Part shown: piece by piece, positions 39,802-48,720 of the stretch
Numbering within the stretch: position 1 is the first letter of the stretch
Layout: each line of letters opens with the position of its first letter
DNA from: Candidatus Aquitaenariimonas noxiae
GTDB taxonomy: Bacteria > Omnitrophota > Gorgyraeia > Aquitaenariimonadales > Aquitaenariimonadaceae
Length of the DNA stretch: 64,000 nt
Reading direction: 5' to 3'
Assembly: GCA_002780005.1 (NCBI GenBank)
Contig: PEWV01000032.1
Span: forward strand, 8,123-72,122
Position numbers and translations under genes: made by a program
The notes under the pieces: model-generated
What the model saw: the letters and a program-made list of their open reading frames with translations, nothing else
Told to the model about the DNA's origin: nothing
The model's database searches: none

Positions 39802-39908
39802 AATATAGCACAGAGATAGTTGTAATTTCAATAAATTATTGATATGTTACAGCTGGCGATAAAGATGGAAAATATTACATTGAAACCGTGTCTATTTTGT
39901 GATATATT
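39802..39908. promoter_or_regulatory. Divergent promoter pair between two radical SAM genes
   Basis: Plus: TTGAAA (39880-39885), 17 bp, TGn-TATATT (39903-39908). Minus: TTGAAA (39831-39826), 18 bp, TGn-TATATT (39807-39802). Confidence 0.55.
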
Positions 39909-39941
39909 AATTGCGAAAAAGGGGTATCCTAGTTTAACAAG

Positions 39942-41423
39942 ATGGCAGATGTAATTTTATTCCAACCAAAAACGTCTAAAGGATCGGCGAAAGAACTACT
40001 TTCCAGAGCCCCCGTAGGGTTATTATTTGTAGCAGCCCCCTTGGTTAAAAATAATTATAAGGTTAAAATCATAGATCAGGAAACAGATATCTATTGGCTT
40101 GATGAATTGAATAAGGAGCTAAATGATTCGACAATTTGTGTAGGAGTTTCTTCAAGGACCGGCAGGCAGATTTCAGAAGGATTAAAATTTTCCAAAATCG
40201 TCAAAGATAGATATAATATACCGATTGTTTGGGGGGGGCGTACACCCAAGCATGTTGCCAGAACAAACAATCATGAACAGTTTAATTGATATTGTAGTTA
40301 GAGGCGAAGGAGAAGAATCATTTTTAAAAATTGTCACAGCGTTAAAGTGTGGTAATAGCCTTAATGATATACCGAATATCTGGTGGAAAGATAATGATAA
40401 AGTTTATTCAACACCAACAGATGGACTTATCAATCTAGACAACCTGCCCCCATTACCCTACCAATTGTTGGACTTTGAAAAATATATTGAAATACCGCAA
40501 ACCAATCTTCCAAATTGTAAACGTATTATTGAGGTATATACAGAGAGGGGATGCTGCCATAGATGCGGGTTTTGCTATAATATTAATATGCATCAATGTA
40601 AATGGCGAGCGCTTGCAGCTTCTAAGGTCGTGGAGCAAATAGAATGCCTTGTTAAAAATTTTGTATTGGATGGGATTAATTTTAATGCTGATAATTTTTT
40701 TGTAGACAAAAAGAGAGTAGCTGATATTTGCGCAGGGATTATAAAAAGAAAAATTAAAATTTCTTGGCAAGCTGGCTGCAGAATAGATTATTTTGCCAGA
40801 TATGATAATTCATTTATCGATTTATTAATAAAAAGTGGTTGTCGTAAGTTAAATTTTGGACTTGAGAGCGGTTCGCAAAGAATATTAAATTTGATACAAA
40901 AAGACATGAATTTAGACGACGTTTTTAAGGTTAACGCAAAATTGAAGAAATGGCAAATAAGAGTTGATTATGATATTATGGCCGGTTTCCCGGAGGAAAC
41001 CAAAGAAGAGGTGTTGCAGACTTATAAGATTATGTTTAGGTTACATCATGAATATCCAAAGGCAACGTTTTTTGGACCGTATATATATACACCCTATCCC
41101 GGGACACCCTTATACGACAAGTGTCTGGAAATGGGATTTAATCCTCCGGAGAGACTTGAAGATTGGGAAATTTTGAATGGTGTGGGAAAACATATTTATC
41201 ATTCATAAATCCTAGCTATTCAAAATGGTTAAAGAAAAGCGCTAGTATACTTAGATTATCTTTTATTCATGTTAAGGGCCTACAGTGGATGGGATGGTGG
41301 TTTAAAGTTAGGGCAAAAATAATTATTAAGTTTAATATAATTGGACCGATACCCGAGGAAAAAGTAATTCATTTTGCCAAAATTATAATTGCTTTTGTTA
41401 AAAAATTATTGAGGGTAAAATAA
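39942..41423 (+). pseudogene. Cobalamin-binding radical SAM gene split by two frameshifts (pseudogene, phase-variable gene or sequencing error)
   Basis: IVWGG|VHP broken by G8 at 40231-40238; ERGCCHRCGFC in the middle frame; second shift at GATTGGGAAATTTT near 41161-41174; total span 1482 bp = 493 codons plus stop. Confidence 0.8.
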
Positions 41424-41500
41424 TTAAAATTAATTCTAAGATTACGCCTGGCAAAAAAGAGAGATGGAAGGAATTATAAAGCCATGCTTAGAAGGAGACA

Positions 41501-42760
41501 TTGGTTTATAATAAAATTATCAAAGGTAACATCGGTAAAATCCTGCCATATTACATTTTACGCCAAAAAACGATAGAAAAAATGAATAAAAAGGTTTGTA
41601 TCATTTACCTCTCTTATTTAAAGTGGGATATTCGTATTAGAAAACAGATTGTAACCTTAAAAAAGGAAGGTTATGACATTGCCAAGGTTGGAATTATAGA
41701 TTCAGTTTCAGTTATTGAGGGAGTTGACAGTTTGCCGTTATCTTTCAGTTGGTCACGTATGCTTTCTTTGCTGGAAATGGTTTGTAAAGGTTTACAACTT
41801 GTGGTAGGAAGGATTTTTGAATGCGTATATGAAAGAATCTATCGGAATAAATATTTTGAGCAAATATTTCAAGTCTTAAGTGATAAAAAATTTGACCTAT
41901 ATATAGCAAACGATTTGAACTCCTTGCCCCCAGCGATCGAACTTAAAAAGAAGAATGGCGGAAAGGTGTTATTCGATGCCCACGAATACAGCCCTCTACA
42001 GTTTGCGAATAGGTGGTATTGGAATTTTTTAATATTTCCTTATAGGGATTATTTATGCAAAAAGTATCTTCCTCAAGCTGACTATATGATAACTGTGTGT
42101 GATTCATTGGCTGATAAATACCATAAGGAATACGGAGTCAAATCAGAAGTTATAAGAAATATTCCTTTTTATTGCCGTGTTGATTTTAAGAAGACAAATC
42201 CGTCTGGAATAAGAATGGTTCATCATGGGGTAACCTCAAGTGCTCGGAGGCTTGAGAATATGATATACCTGATGAGGTTTTTAGATTCTAAATTCACGCT
42301 TGATTTTATGTTGTTAAATGTTGATAAAAGCTATATTAAAAAATTAAAAGGATTAGCAAAAAATGTCGCGCCTGATAGAATAAGATTTAAAGACACCGTA
42401 CCGCCCCATGATATAATAAAAACATTGAAAAACTATGATATAGGTATATATCTCTTGGGGGCTTATAACTTTAATCTTAAATACGCGCTACCCAATAAGT
42501 TTTTTGAGTTTATGATGGCAGGCCTATGCGTTGTTGCAGGTACTTCACCCGAAATGGGGAAGATTATTAACCAGTATAACTTTGGTATATTTGTTGATAA
42601 AATTGACTATAGAGAAACGGCAAAAGTGATTAATCAATTAAGTAAAGAAGAGATAGACCAGATGAAAATGAATTCGCTTTCTGCTGCTAAAGAATTGAAT
42701 GGAGAGTTAGAAATGAAGAAATTTAGTGAAATTGTCACTAATTTGTTAGAAAAAAAGTAA
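41501..42760 (+). CDS. Glycosyltransferase (GT-B, GT4-like)
   Basis: DIRIRKQ, ANDL..LP, FDAHEY, YALPNKFFEFMMAGL; start may be ATG 41582. Confidence 0.82.
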   Translation: MVYNKIIKGNIGKILPYYILRQKTIEKMNKKVCIIYLSYLKWDIRIRKQIVTLKKEGYDIAKVGIIDSVSVIEGVDSLPLSFSWSRMLSLLEMVCKGLQLVVGRIFECVYERIYRNKYFEQIFQVLSDKKFDLYIANDLNSLPPAIELKKKNGGKVLFDAHEYSPLQFANRWYWNFLIFPYRDYLCKKYLPQADYMITVCDSLADKYHKEYGVKSEVIRNIPFYCRVDFKKTNPSGIRMVHHGVTSSARRLENMIYLMRFLDSKFTLDFMLLNVDKSYIKKLKGLAKNVAPDRIRFKDTVPPHDIIKTLKNYDIGIYLLGAYNFNLKYALPNKFFEFMMAGLCVVAGTSPEMGKIINQYNFGIFVDKIDYRETAKVINQLSKEEIDQMKMNSLSAAKELNGELEMKKFSEIVTNLLEKK

Positions 42761-42792
42761 AAACATTAAATGAGAGTGCTAGTTTCACTCTA

Positions 42793-43680
42793 ATGAGAAT
42801 ATCAATATTAATTATAACTCATAACAGGGGCGATGATTTAAAGATATGTTTAGATTCGTTAGTAAAACAGTCAAGAAAGGCAGATGAAGTAGTCATAATA
42901 GATAATGGCTCGACAGGCGGAACAAAATCCGTTATTGATTTTTTTAAGGATAAACTGCCTATAAAATATTTTTATGAATCCACTAGCTCTATACCTAAAT
43001 CGAGAAATATGTCTTTAAGAGAAGCTAGCGGTGATATATTAGCTATCCTTGATGATGATTGCATAGTAGAGAATGATTGGACGGAAAATATTGAGTTCTA
43101 TCATAGAAAGTATCAAGCTGTCGCCATAATCCAGGGAAGGGTAATCCCTCTAGAGGCTTCTAGTTTGGTAGGGAAGACGTATATAGCGGCTGCAGAAGCC
43201 TATATAGAAAGGAATTTTTTTGCTGGGAAAAGCCAGGATTCAGAGGTTGAGTTGCCAAGAATAATCAATGGTTTCATTTCTCTAAAAAAAGAGGAGGTGA
43301 ACAGATTAGGCATTTATTTTAAAGAGGAATTTCCATTTTTTTCCGATAAAGAATTCGGCATAAGATTGCAAAAGATAGGCACTAAAGTTCTCTATGCGCC
43401 TAGCATACTAATATACCATAAGTATAAATTTAAGTCGTTTTTTGCTCTTTTTGTACGATATTTCCGTATGGGCAGGATAGATTCAAAGCTAAAAAAAATA
43501 TATGGAAGTTTTGAAATTAACCCAGGCTTGAGTCAATTATATCAGACGGCAGCGGTTATCATGGCTGATAAACGCGTTCGTTATATGGCAAAAATAATAA
43601 TGGTGTCAGCATATGTTTTAAGGTCGATCTCCTATGCTATTGGGTATTGTTACCAAAATTTAAGACACTGGTTCAAATAA
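42793..43680 (+). CDS. GT2 glycosyltransferase
   Basis: ISILIITHNR, IIDNGS, SRN, LDDDC. Confidence 0.9.
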   Translation: MRISILIITHNRGDDLKICLDSLVKQSRKADEVVIIDNGSTGGTKSVIDFFKDKLPIKYFYESTSSIPKSRNMSLREASGDILAILDDDCIVENDWTENIEFYHRKYQAVAIIQGRVIPLEASSLVGKTYIAAAEAYIERNFFAGKSQDSEVELPRIINGFISLKKEEVNRLGIYFKEEFPFFSDKEFGIRLQKIGTKVLYAPSILIYHKYKFKSFFALFVRYFRMGRIDSKLKKIYGSFEINPGLSQLYQTAAVIMADKRVRYMAKIIMVSAYVLRSISYAIGYCYQNLRHWFK

Positions 43681-43798
43681 TATTAGACTACAATGTGCTG
43701 GATGTTAGAAATTTAGCAGGTGAATTACAGCTGGCAGTAGTTTTGATATTAAAACAAAACCATCTGAGATTGTCGGTATCACTTTTTAGATTTTTATC

Positions 43799-43827
43799 TT
43801 GCAATAAAAACAAAATAACGTTATAAT
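43799..43827 (+). promoter_or_regulatory. sigma70-type promoter for the aminotransferase-serA operon
   Basis: TTGCAA (43799-43804), 17 bp, TATAAT (43822-43827). Confidence 0.65.
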
Positions 43828-43874
43828 TATAAACTGCTTTAAGCAATACATAAAAAGAAAGGAATAAGTTTAAG

Positions 43875-45011
43875 ATGAGAAAAAAATATTTAATGACACC
43901 AGGACCTACACCTATCCCCCCGGAGGTTTTACTGGAAATGGCAAAACCTATTTTGCATCATAGGACTCCTCAATATCAGGCCATATTTAAAGAGGTGAAC
44001 GAGGGGTTAAAGTATGTTTTTCAGACATCAAATGATATTGTGACTCTGGCTTCAAGCGGTACGGGTGCGATGGAGGCGAGCATTGTTAATCTATTATCAA
44101 AAGGCGATAAGGCGATTGTCATACGGGGAGGAAAATTCGGAGAAAGATTCGCAGAAATATGCTCCGCGTATGGAGTCGAAGTCATCCCTATCGACATACC
44201 TGAAGGAAATGCCCCGCAGGCGCCTATAGTTCGCGACACGCTGGCAAAGAATCCGAAGGCAAAAGCGTTATATGTGAATTTGTGCGAAACGTCTTCAGGC
44301 TCGGTATATGACATAAAATCCATCGCCGAGATTACCAAAAAAACTTCTACGGTATTAGTGGTTGACGCGATAAGCGGATTGGGCGCAGACGATATTCAAA
44401 CCGACAATTGGGGAGTCGATATCGTTGTATCCGGCTCTCAAAAAGGCTTGATGATGCCTCCCGGTTTGGCATTTTTAGCGATTAGCCAAAAAGCATGGAA
44501 GGCTATGGAATCCTCAACGCTCCCGAAATACTATTTTGATCTAAAGAAAGCGAAAAAGGCGCTGGATAAGACAGATACCCCGTTCACCCCTGCAGTTTCG
44601 CTTGTTATAGGCCTTAGGGAAGCGCTTCGCATGATCAAGGAAGAGACAGCCGAGAAAATGTTTGCAAGGCACAAAAAGTTGGCAGATGCCACAAGAGAAT
44701 CCGTCAAGGCATTGGGTTTGGAGCTTTTTTCTAAATCCCCGTCAAACGCAGTTACTGCGGTAAAAGTCCCTGCCGGCATAGACGGCGAAAAACTCGTTAA
44801 GAATTTAAGGGACGTTCACGGTGTGACCATAGCTGGAGGGCAAGATGAGCTTAAAGGAAAAATTTTCCGCGTAGCCCACCTGGGATTTATGGAAAAATTT
44901 GATGTTATTACGGCAATATCGGCCATAGAGATAGGATTGAAAGAATTAGGCTACAAATTTGAATTGGGAAGTGGAGTGAAGGTTGCCGAAAAAATGCTGG
45001 CGGAGGGATAA
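43875..45011 (+). CDS. Class V aminotransferase (serine-pyruvate/alanine-glyoxylate family), probable phosphoserine aminotransferase
   Basis: MTPGPTP, HHRTP, SGTGAME, VDAIS, GSQKGLM.PPGL, PFTP; adjacent to serA. Confidence 0.88.
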   Translation: MRKKYLMTPGPTPIPPEVLLEMAKPILHHRTPQYQAIFKEVNEGLKYVFQTSNDIVTLASSGTGAMEASIVNLLSKGDKAIVIRGGKFGERFAEICSAYGVEVIPIDIPEGNAPQAPIVRDTLAKNPKAKALYVNLCETSSGSVYDIKSIAEITKKTSTVLVVDAISGLGADDIQTDNWGVDIVVSGSQKGLMMPPGLAFLAISQKAWKAMESSTLPKYYFDLKKAKKALDKTDTPFTPAVSLVIGLREALRMIKEETAEKMFARHKKLADATRESVKALGLELFSKSPSNAVTAVKVPAGIDGEKLVKNLRDVHGVTIAGGQDELKGKIFRVAHLGFMEKFDVITAISAIEIGLKELGYKFELGSGVKVAEKMLAEG

Positions 45012-45012
45012 C

Positions 45013-46602
45013 ATGGCTATAAAGATATTGGTGTGCGATCCGTTGCACGATGAAGGTTTAAAGGTATTAACCGGAGAAAAAGAGTTTAAGGTAGATGTGA
45101 AGCCCAAGCTCTCGCCCGCCGAATTGGAATCGGTCATAAAAGGGTATGAAGCGGTTATTGTGCGCAGCGCGACAAAGATTACCAAAGGAGTTATAGAAGC
45201 GAGTGACAAATTGAGGCTTATAGGAAGGGCAGGCGTAGGTCTTGATAACGTTGATGTGGAATCCGCGACCAAAAAAGGCATAATCGTATTAAATGCCCCT
45301 GCCGGGAATACGATATCTACGGCAGAACACACTTTCAGCATGATCATGGCCCTTTCCCGAAACATAGCCCAGGCTAACGCTTCCATGAAGAGGGGTGAAT
45401 GGGAGAAGAAAAAATTTATGGGAATAGAGCTTTACGGGAAGGTGCTTGGGGTCGCCGGATTGGGAAGGATAGGGACAGAAGTTGCCAAACGCGCATTGAG
45501 CTTTGAGATGAAGGTGATCGCCTATGACCCATTCCTTTCGGCAGAGCAGGCTAAAAAAATAGGCGTAGAGCTGGTAAGCCTGGATGAAGTTATAAAAAGA
45601 TCGGATTATATAACGGTGCACACGCCCTTAACCGACGAGACGCGGCATATGCTGGGCGAGGCCGAATTCAAAAAAATGAAAAAGGGGGTGCGGATCATCA
45701 ACTGCGCGAGAGGCGGCATTATCGATGAAGGCGTCCTTGTAAAGGCCATTGAATCCGGGCATGTTGCCGGCGCGGCCTTTGACGTATTCGAAAAAGAACC
45801 GTTAGATACGGCAAGCCCATTATTAAAATTTGATAATGTGGTATTAACGCCTCATCTCGGGGCTTCTACCGAGGAGGCCCAGCTGAACGTTTCGCTTGAT
45901 ATCGCAAATACCGTTAAGGATGTCTTGCTGGGTAGAGGCATAAGAAATGCCGTAAATATCCCGTGCGTTGACCCGGAACTCTTAAAGAACATAGAACCAT
46001 ATCTTAAATTGGCTGAAAAAATAGGTTCTCTGCAGACTCAACTGGCAGAGGGTCATATAAAGAAGGTGCAAATAAAATATGTCGGAGAGATCATAAATTA
46101 TGATTTAAAGCCGGTTACTATAGCTTTGGTCAAAGGTATACTTGAGCCTATATTGCAGGAGACCGTGAATTACGTGAATGCCTTGGTCATAGCCCGGGAA
46201 AGAGGCATAGAAATAATTGAGTCAAAGGCAAGTGCGATAGAGGATTTCGCCAATCTTATTTACGTTAAGGTGGAAACGGAAAAGATGAAGAACTCCGTAA
46301 TGGGGACACTGTTTACAAAAGTTGACCCGAGGATTGTAAAGATAAACGATTATTATGTGGATGCTGTGCCGGAAGGGCATATGCTTTTTATACGAAACAA
46401 AGATCTCCCCGGGGTAGTCGGCGAGATAGGCACTATTCTTGGCGATGGTAAAATAAACATTGCCGGAATGACTTTCGGAAGGCAGAAAAAAGGCGGAGAC
46501 GCGCTCTCTATTTTGAACGTTGACATGCCAATACCGCAGAATGTCCTTGAAAAAATAAAGAAGGCAAAAAATATTTTTGAAGCAAAGACCATAAAACTAT
46601 AA
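45013..46602 (+). CDS. serA: D-3-phosphoglycerate dehydrogenase (long form with ACT domain)
   Basis: GRAGVGLDNVD, G.GRIG, NCARGG, TPHLGASTEEAQ, N.D.PGVVG.IG. Confidence 0.96.
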   Translation: MAIKILVCDPLHDEGLKVLTGEKEFKVDVKPKLSPAELESVIKGYEAVIVRSATKITKGVIEASDKLRLIGRAGVGLDNVDVESATKKGIIVLNAPAGNTISTAEHTFSMIMALSRNIAQANASMKRGEWEKKKFMGIELYGKVLGVAGLGRIGTEVAKRALSFEMKVIAYDPFLSAEQAKKIGVELVSLDEVIKRSDYITVHTPLTDETRHMLGEAEFKKMKKGVRIINCARGGIIDEGVLVKAIESGHVAGAAFDVFEKEPLDTASPLLKFDNVVLTPHLGASTEEAQLNVSLDIANTVKDVLLGRGIRNAVNIPCVDPELLKNIEPYLKLAEKIGSLQTQLAEGHIKKVQIKYVGEIINYDLKPVTIALVKGILEPILQETVNYVNALVIARERGIEIIESKASAIEDFANLIYVKVETEKMKNSVMGTLFTKVDPRIVKINDYYVDAVPEGHMLFIRNKDLPGVVGEIGTILGDGKINIAGMTFGRQKKGGDALSILNVDMPIPQNVLEKIKKAKNIFEAKTIKL

Positions 46603-46629
46603 TAAGCCGGATAAAGAGAGGAATAGTAG

Positions 46630-47895
46630 ATGAACAAGGTGAAAGCAAAGACTAACAAGATATACATAATTGACGTAACAAACAGGGACGGTGTTCAAAC
46701 GTCGAGATTGGGTCTGGCAAAGCTCCAGAAGACGATGATAAACATGTATCTCAATGATATGGGTATTTATCAGAGCGAATTCGGTTTTCCGGTTACGCAT
46801 CACGAGACTAATTACCTGAACGCAAATATAGAACTTGCGAAACTCGGTGTGCTAAAACCGATAATATTATCGGGTTGGATTAGGGCTATAAAAGACGATG
46901 TGATAAAGGCAACAACTTTCACTAATGTCGAGAATTTAAATATCTCCATATCCACATCGGACCAGATGATACAGGGTAAATTTCAGGGCAAATACACAAG
47001 AGAAGACGTAATAAAGGAAATGACGGAAGCCGTAGACACCGCAAAAAAGAAAGGCATAAAGCGCCTGGGAGTTAACGCTGAAGATGCATCAAGGACGGAT
47101 ATGAATTATCTGATAGAGTTTGCGTGCGCGGCCAGGGATCACGGCGCTTTTTCGATCCGATATTGCGATACGCTCGGTTATGACGACCCGCAGACGATTT
47201 ATGATAGAATATATAAGTTAGCCAGAGCCGTTAAGCTCCCCATAGAGGTACACTGCCACAATGATTTAGGCATGGTCGTGGCCAATTCGGTTCTGGGCGC
47301 TAAGGCAGCTATCGATGCGGGAGTTGACGCTTACGTGAATACCACCGTTAACGGGATGGGAGAACGTGCAGGAAACGCTGACCTGGTGAGCGTGATATTG
47401 GCAATAAGGTATGCAAGCGGCCTATCAGGCAAATACATTTTAGATGAAAAGATAAAGTTGTCGAACGCCTGGAGGATAGCTAAATATGCCTCTTATGCGT
47501 TTCGTATTCCGATACCTATAAATCAGCCAGGTGTCGGGGCAAACGCGTTCGCGCACGAATCCGGTATACACGCGGACGGCGCGTTAAAGGACAGACGCAA
47601 TTACGAATTGTACGATTTTGAGGAGCTTGGCAGGGGAGAACCCGAAATAATAGAGACAGGTAGAAAAATAACAGCCGGCGAATATAGCGGTATAAAAGGG
47701 TTTCGTAACGTTTATGATACGCTTGAGATTAAATTCAAGGATGATAAAGAGGCCACAACGATTTTGGAGCTTGTAAGATACGCAAACGTCCATACGCAGC
47801 AACCTTTGACCGATGACGAGCTTAAATTTATCGCGAAATATCCCGATATTGCGCAACAGATTTTTACAATGTCTCCTCTTAAAAATATAAAATAA
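46630..47895 (+). CDS. DRE-TIM metallolyase, homocitrate synthase-like; possibly Re-citrate synthase
   Basis: DVTNRDGVQ, NAEDASRT, YCDTLG, HCHNDLG, NGMGERAGNA, AFAHESGIHADG; no LeuA regulatory domain. Confidence 0.82.
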   Translation: MNKVKAKTNKIYIIDVTNRDGVQTSRLGLAKLQKTMINMYLNDMGIYQSEFGFPVTHHETNYLNANIELAKLGVLKPIILSGWIRAIKDDVIKATTFTNVENLNISISTSDQMIQGKFQGKYTREDVIKEMTEAVDTAKKKGIKRLGVNAEDASRTDMNYLIEFACAARDHGAFSIRYCDTLGYDDPQTIYDRIYKLARAVKLPIEVHCHNDLGMVVANSVLGAKAAIDAGVDAYVNTTVNGMGERAGNADLVSVILAIRYASGLSGKYILDEKIKLSNAWRIAKYASYAFRIPIPINQPGVGANAFAHESGIHADGALKDRRNYELYDFEELGRGEPEIIETGRKITAGEYSGIKGFRNVYDTLEIKFKDDKEATTILELVRYANVHTQQPLTDDELKFIAKYPDIAQQIFTMSPLKNIK

Positions 47896-47919
47896 TTTAT
47901 CGAAAAACGGAGGTGGGTC

Positions 47920-48705
47920 GTGAAGAAGATCGCAATAGCATTTTGCATAGCTTGCCTTGTATTATTTCTGGTAGGTACATTTTCTTATGCCCAGGAAGAT
48001 TCAGAGGCGAACCAAGGTTTCATGAGGAAGGCGTGGAAAAAGGTTTCCTCCGGTAAAAAAACAGATTCAAAGACGACAAGCAAAGAACCGGCAAAGGTCG
48101 AGACTAAAAAAGTAGAAATTAAAAAAGAACAAAAAGCTAAGGTTACAACAAAGCAGGAAATTACGGTAAAAGAGGCTGTGGTAAAGGAAGAAGTTAAGAA
48201 AGAAGAGACCAAGGCTGCATCCAAGGAAACGCCAAAAGAAGTATTAAAACAAGAAAAGGCCGAGCCTAAACGCACGAGAGAAGAAATGCTGACTGACATA
48301 AATAAAAGTCTTTCTATGTATGGAAAAGAAATTTCGGCAAGGGTCCCAACTATAGTGAAAACAACAGATAAAAAAGGCAAAGAGATTTATAAGACTAAAA
48401 AGGCTTCGGGAGAACAGGTTAGTTTCGAAAGTTTAAACGATGCCGACCTTTCTAAAGTATATCACAAAATAATTAACGAAGAGCGTCTAATCAGGGCGGA
48501 AGATTTAAATAGGCAACTTCAACAGATCAGACAAGTACAAGTCCAGAATCAGCCGGTTATGCCGAATGCCCCTGCGACCGTTACGCTTCCGCCAGTCCTA
48601 CCCCCTTTGCCTCAGATGCCTCCGCCGACTCCGCCGGCCAAAGCGTACATGTCTCCTAAGGCTGTAAGACCTCCGCCGTCGCTACCGCCGACGCAAAGAA
48701 GGTAA
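47920..48705 (+). CDS. Hypothetical exported protein, Lys/Glu-rich with Pro-rich tail
   Basis: GGAGG RBS, signal peptide (..SYA|QE), fills the gap between co-oriented genes. Confidence 0.72.
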   Translation: MKKIAIAFCIACLVLFLVGTFSYAQEDSEANQGFMRKAWKKVSSGKKTDSKTTSKEPAKVETKKVEIKKEQKAKVTTKQEITVKEAVVKEEVKKEETKAASKETPKEVLKQEKAEPKRTREEMLTDINKSLSMYGKEISARVPTIVKTTDKKGKEIYKTKKASGEQVSFESLNDADLSKVYHKIINEERLIRAEDLNRQLQQIRQVQVQNQPVMPNAPATVTLPPVLPPLPQMPPPTPPAKAYMSPKAVRPPPSLPPTQRR

Positions 48706-48720
48706 AACTAAAGGACTAAA

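Noticed and set aside
37031-41423. RiPP cluster with radical SAM maturases
   Set aside because: No precursor peptide, PqqD/RRE domain, protease or exporter; the neighbours are glycosyltransferases.
46630-47895. nifV as evidence for nitrogen fixation
   Set aside because: No nif genes in the window and the motif differs from typical NifV.
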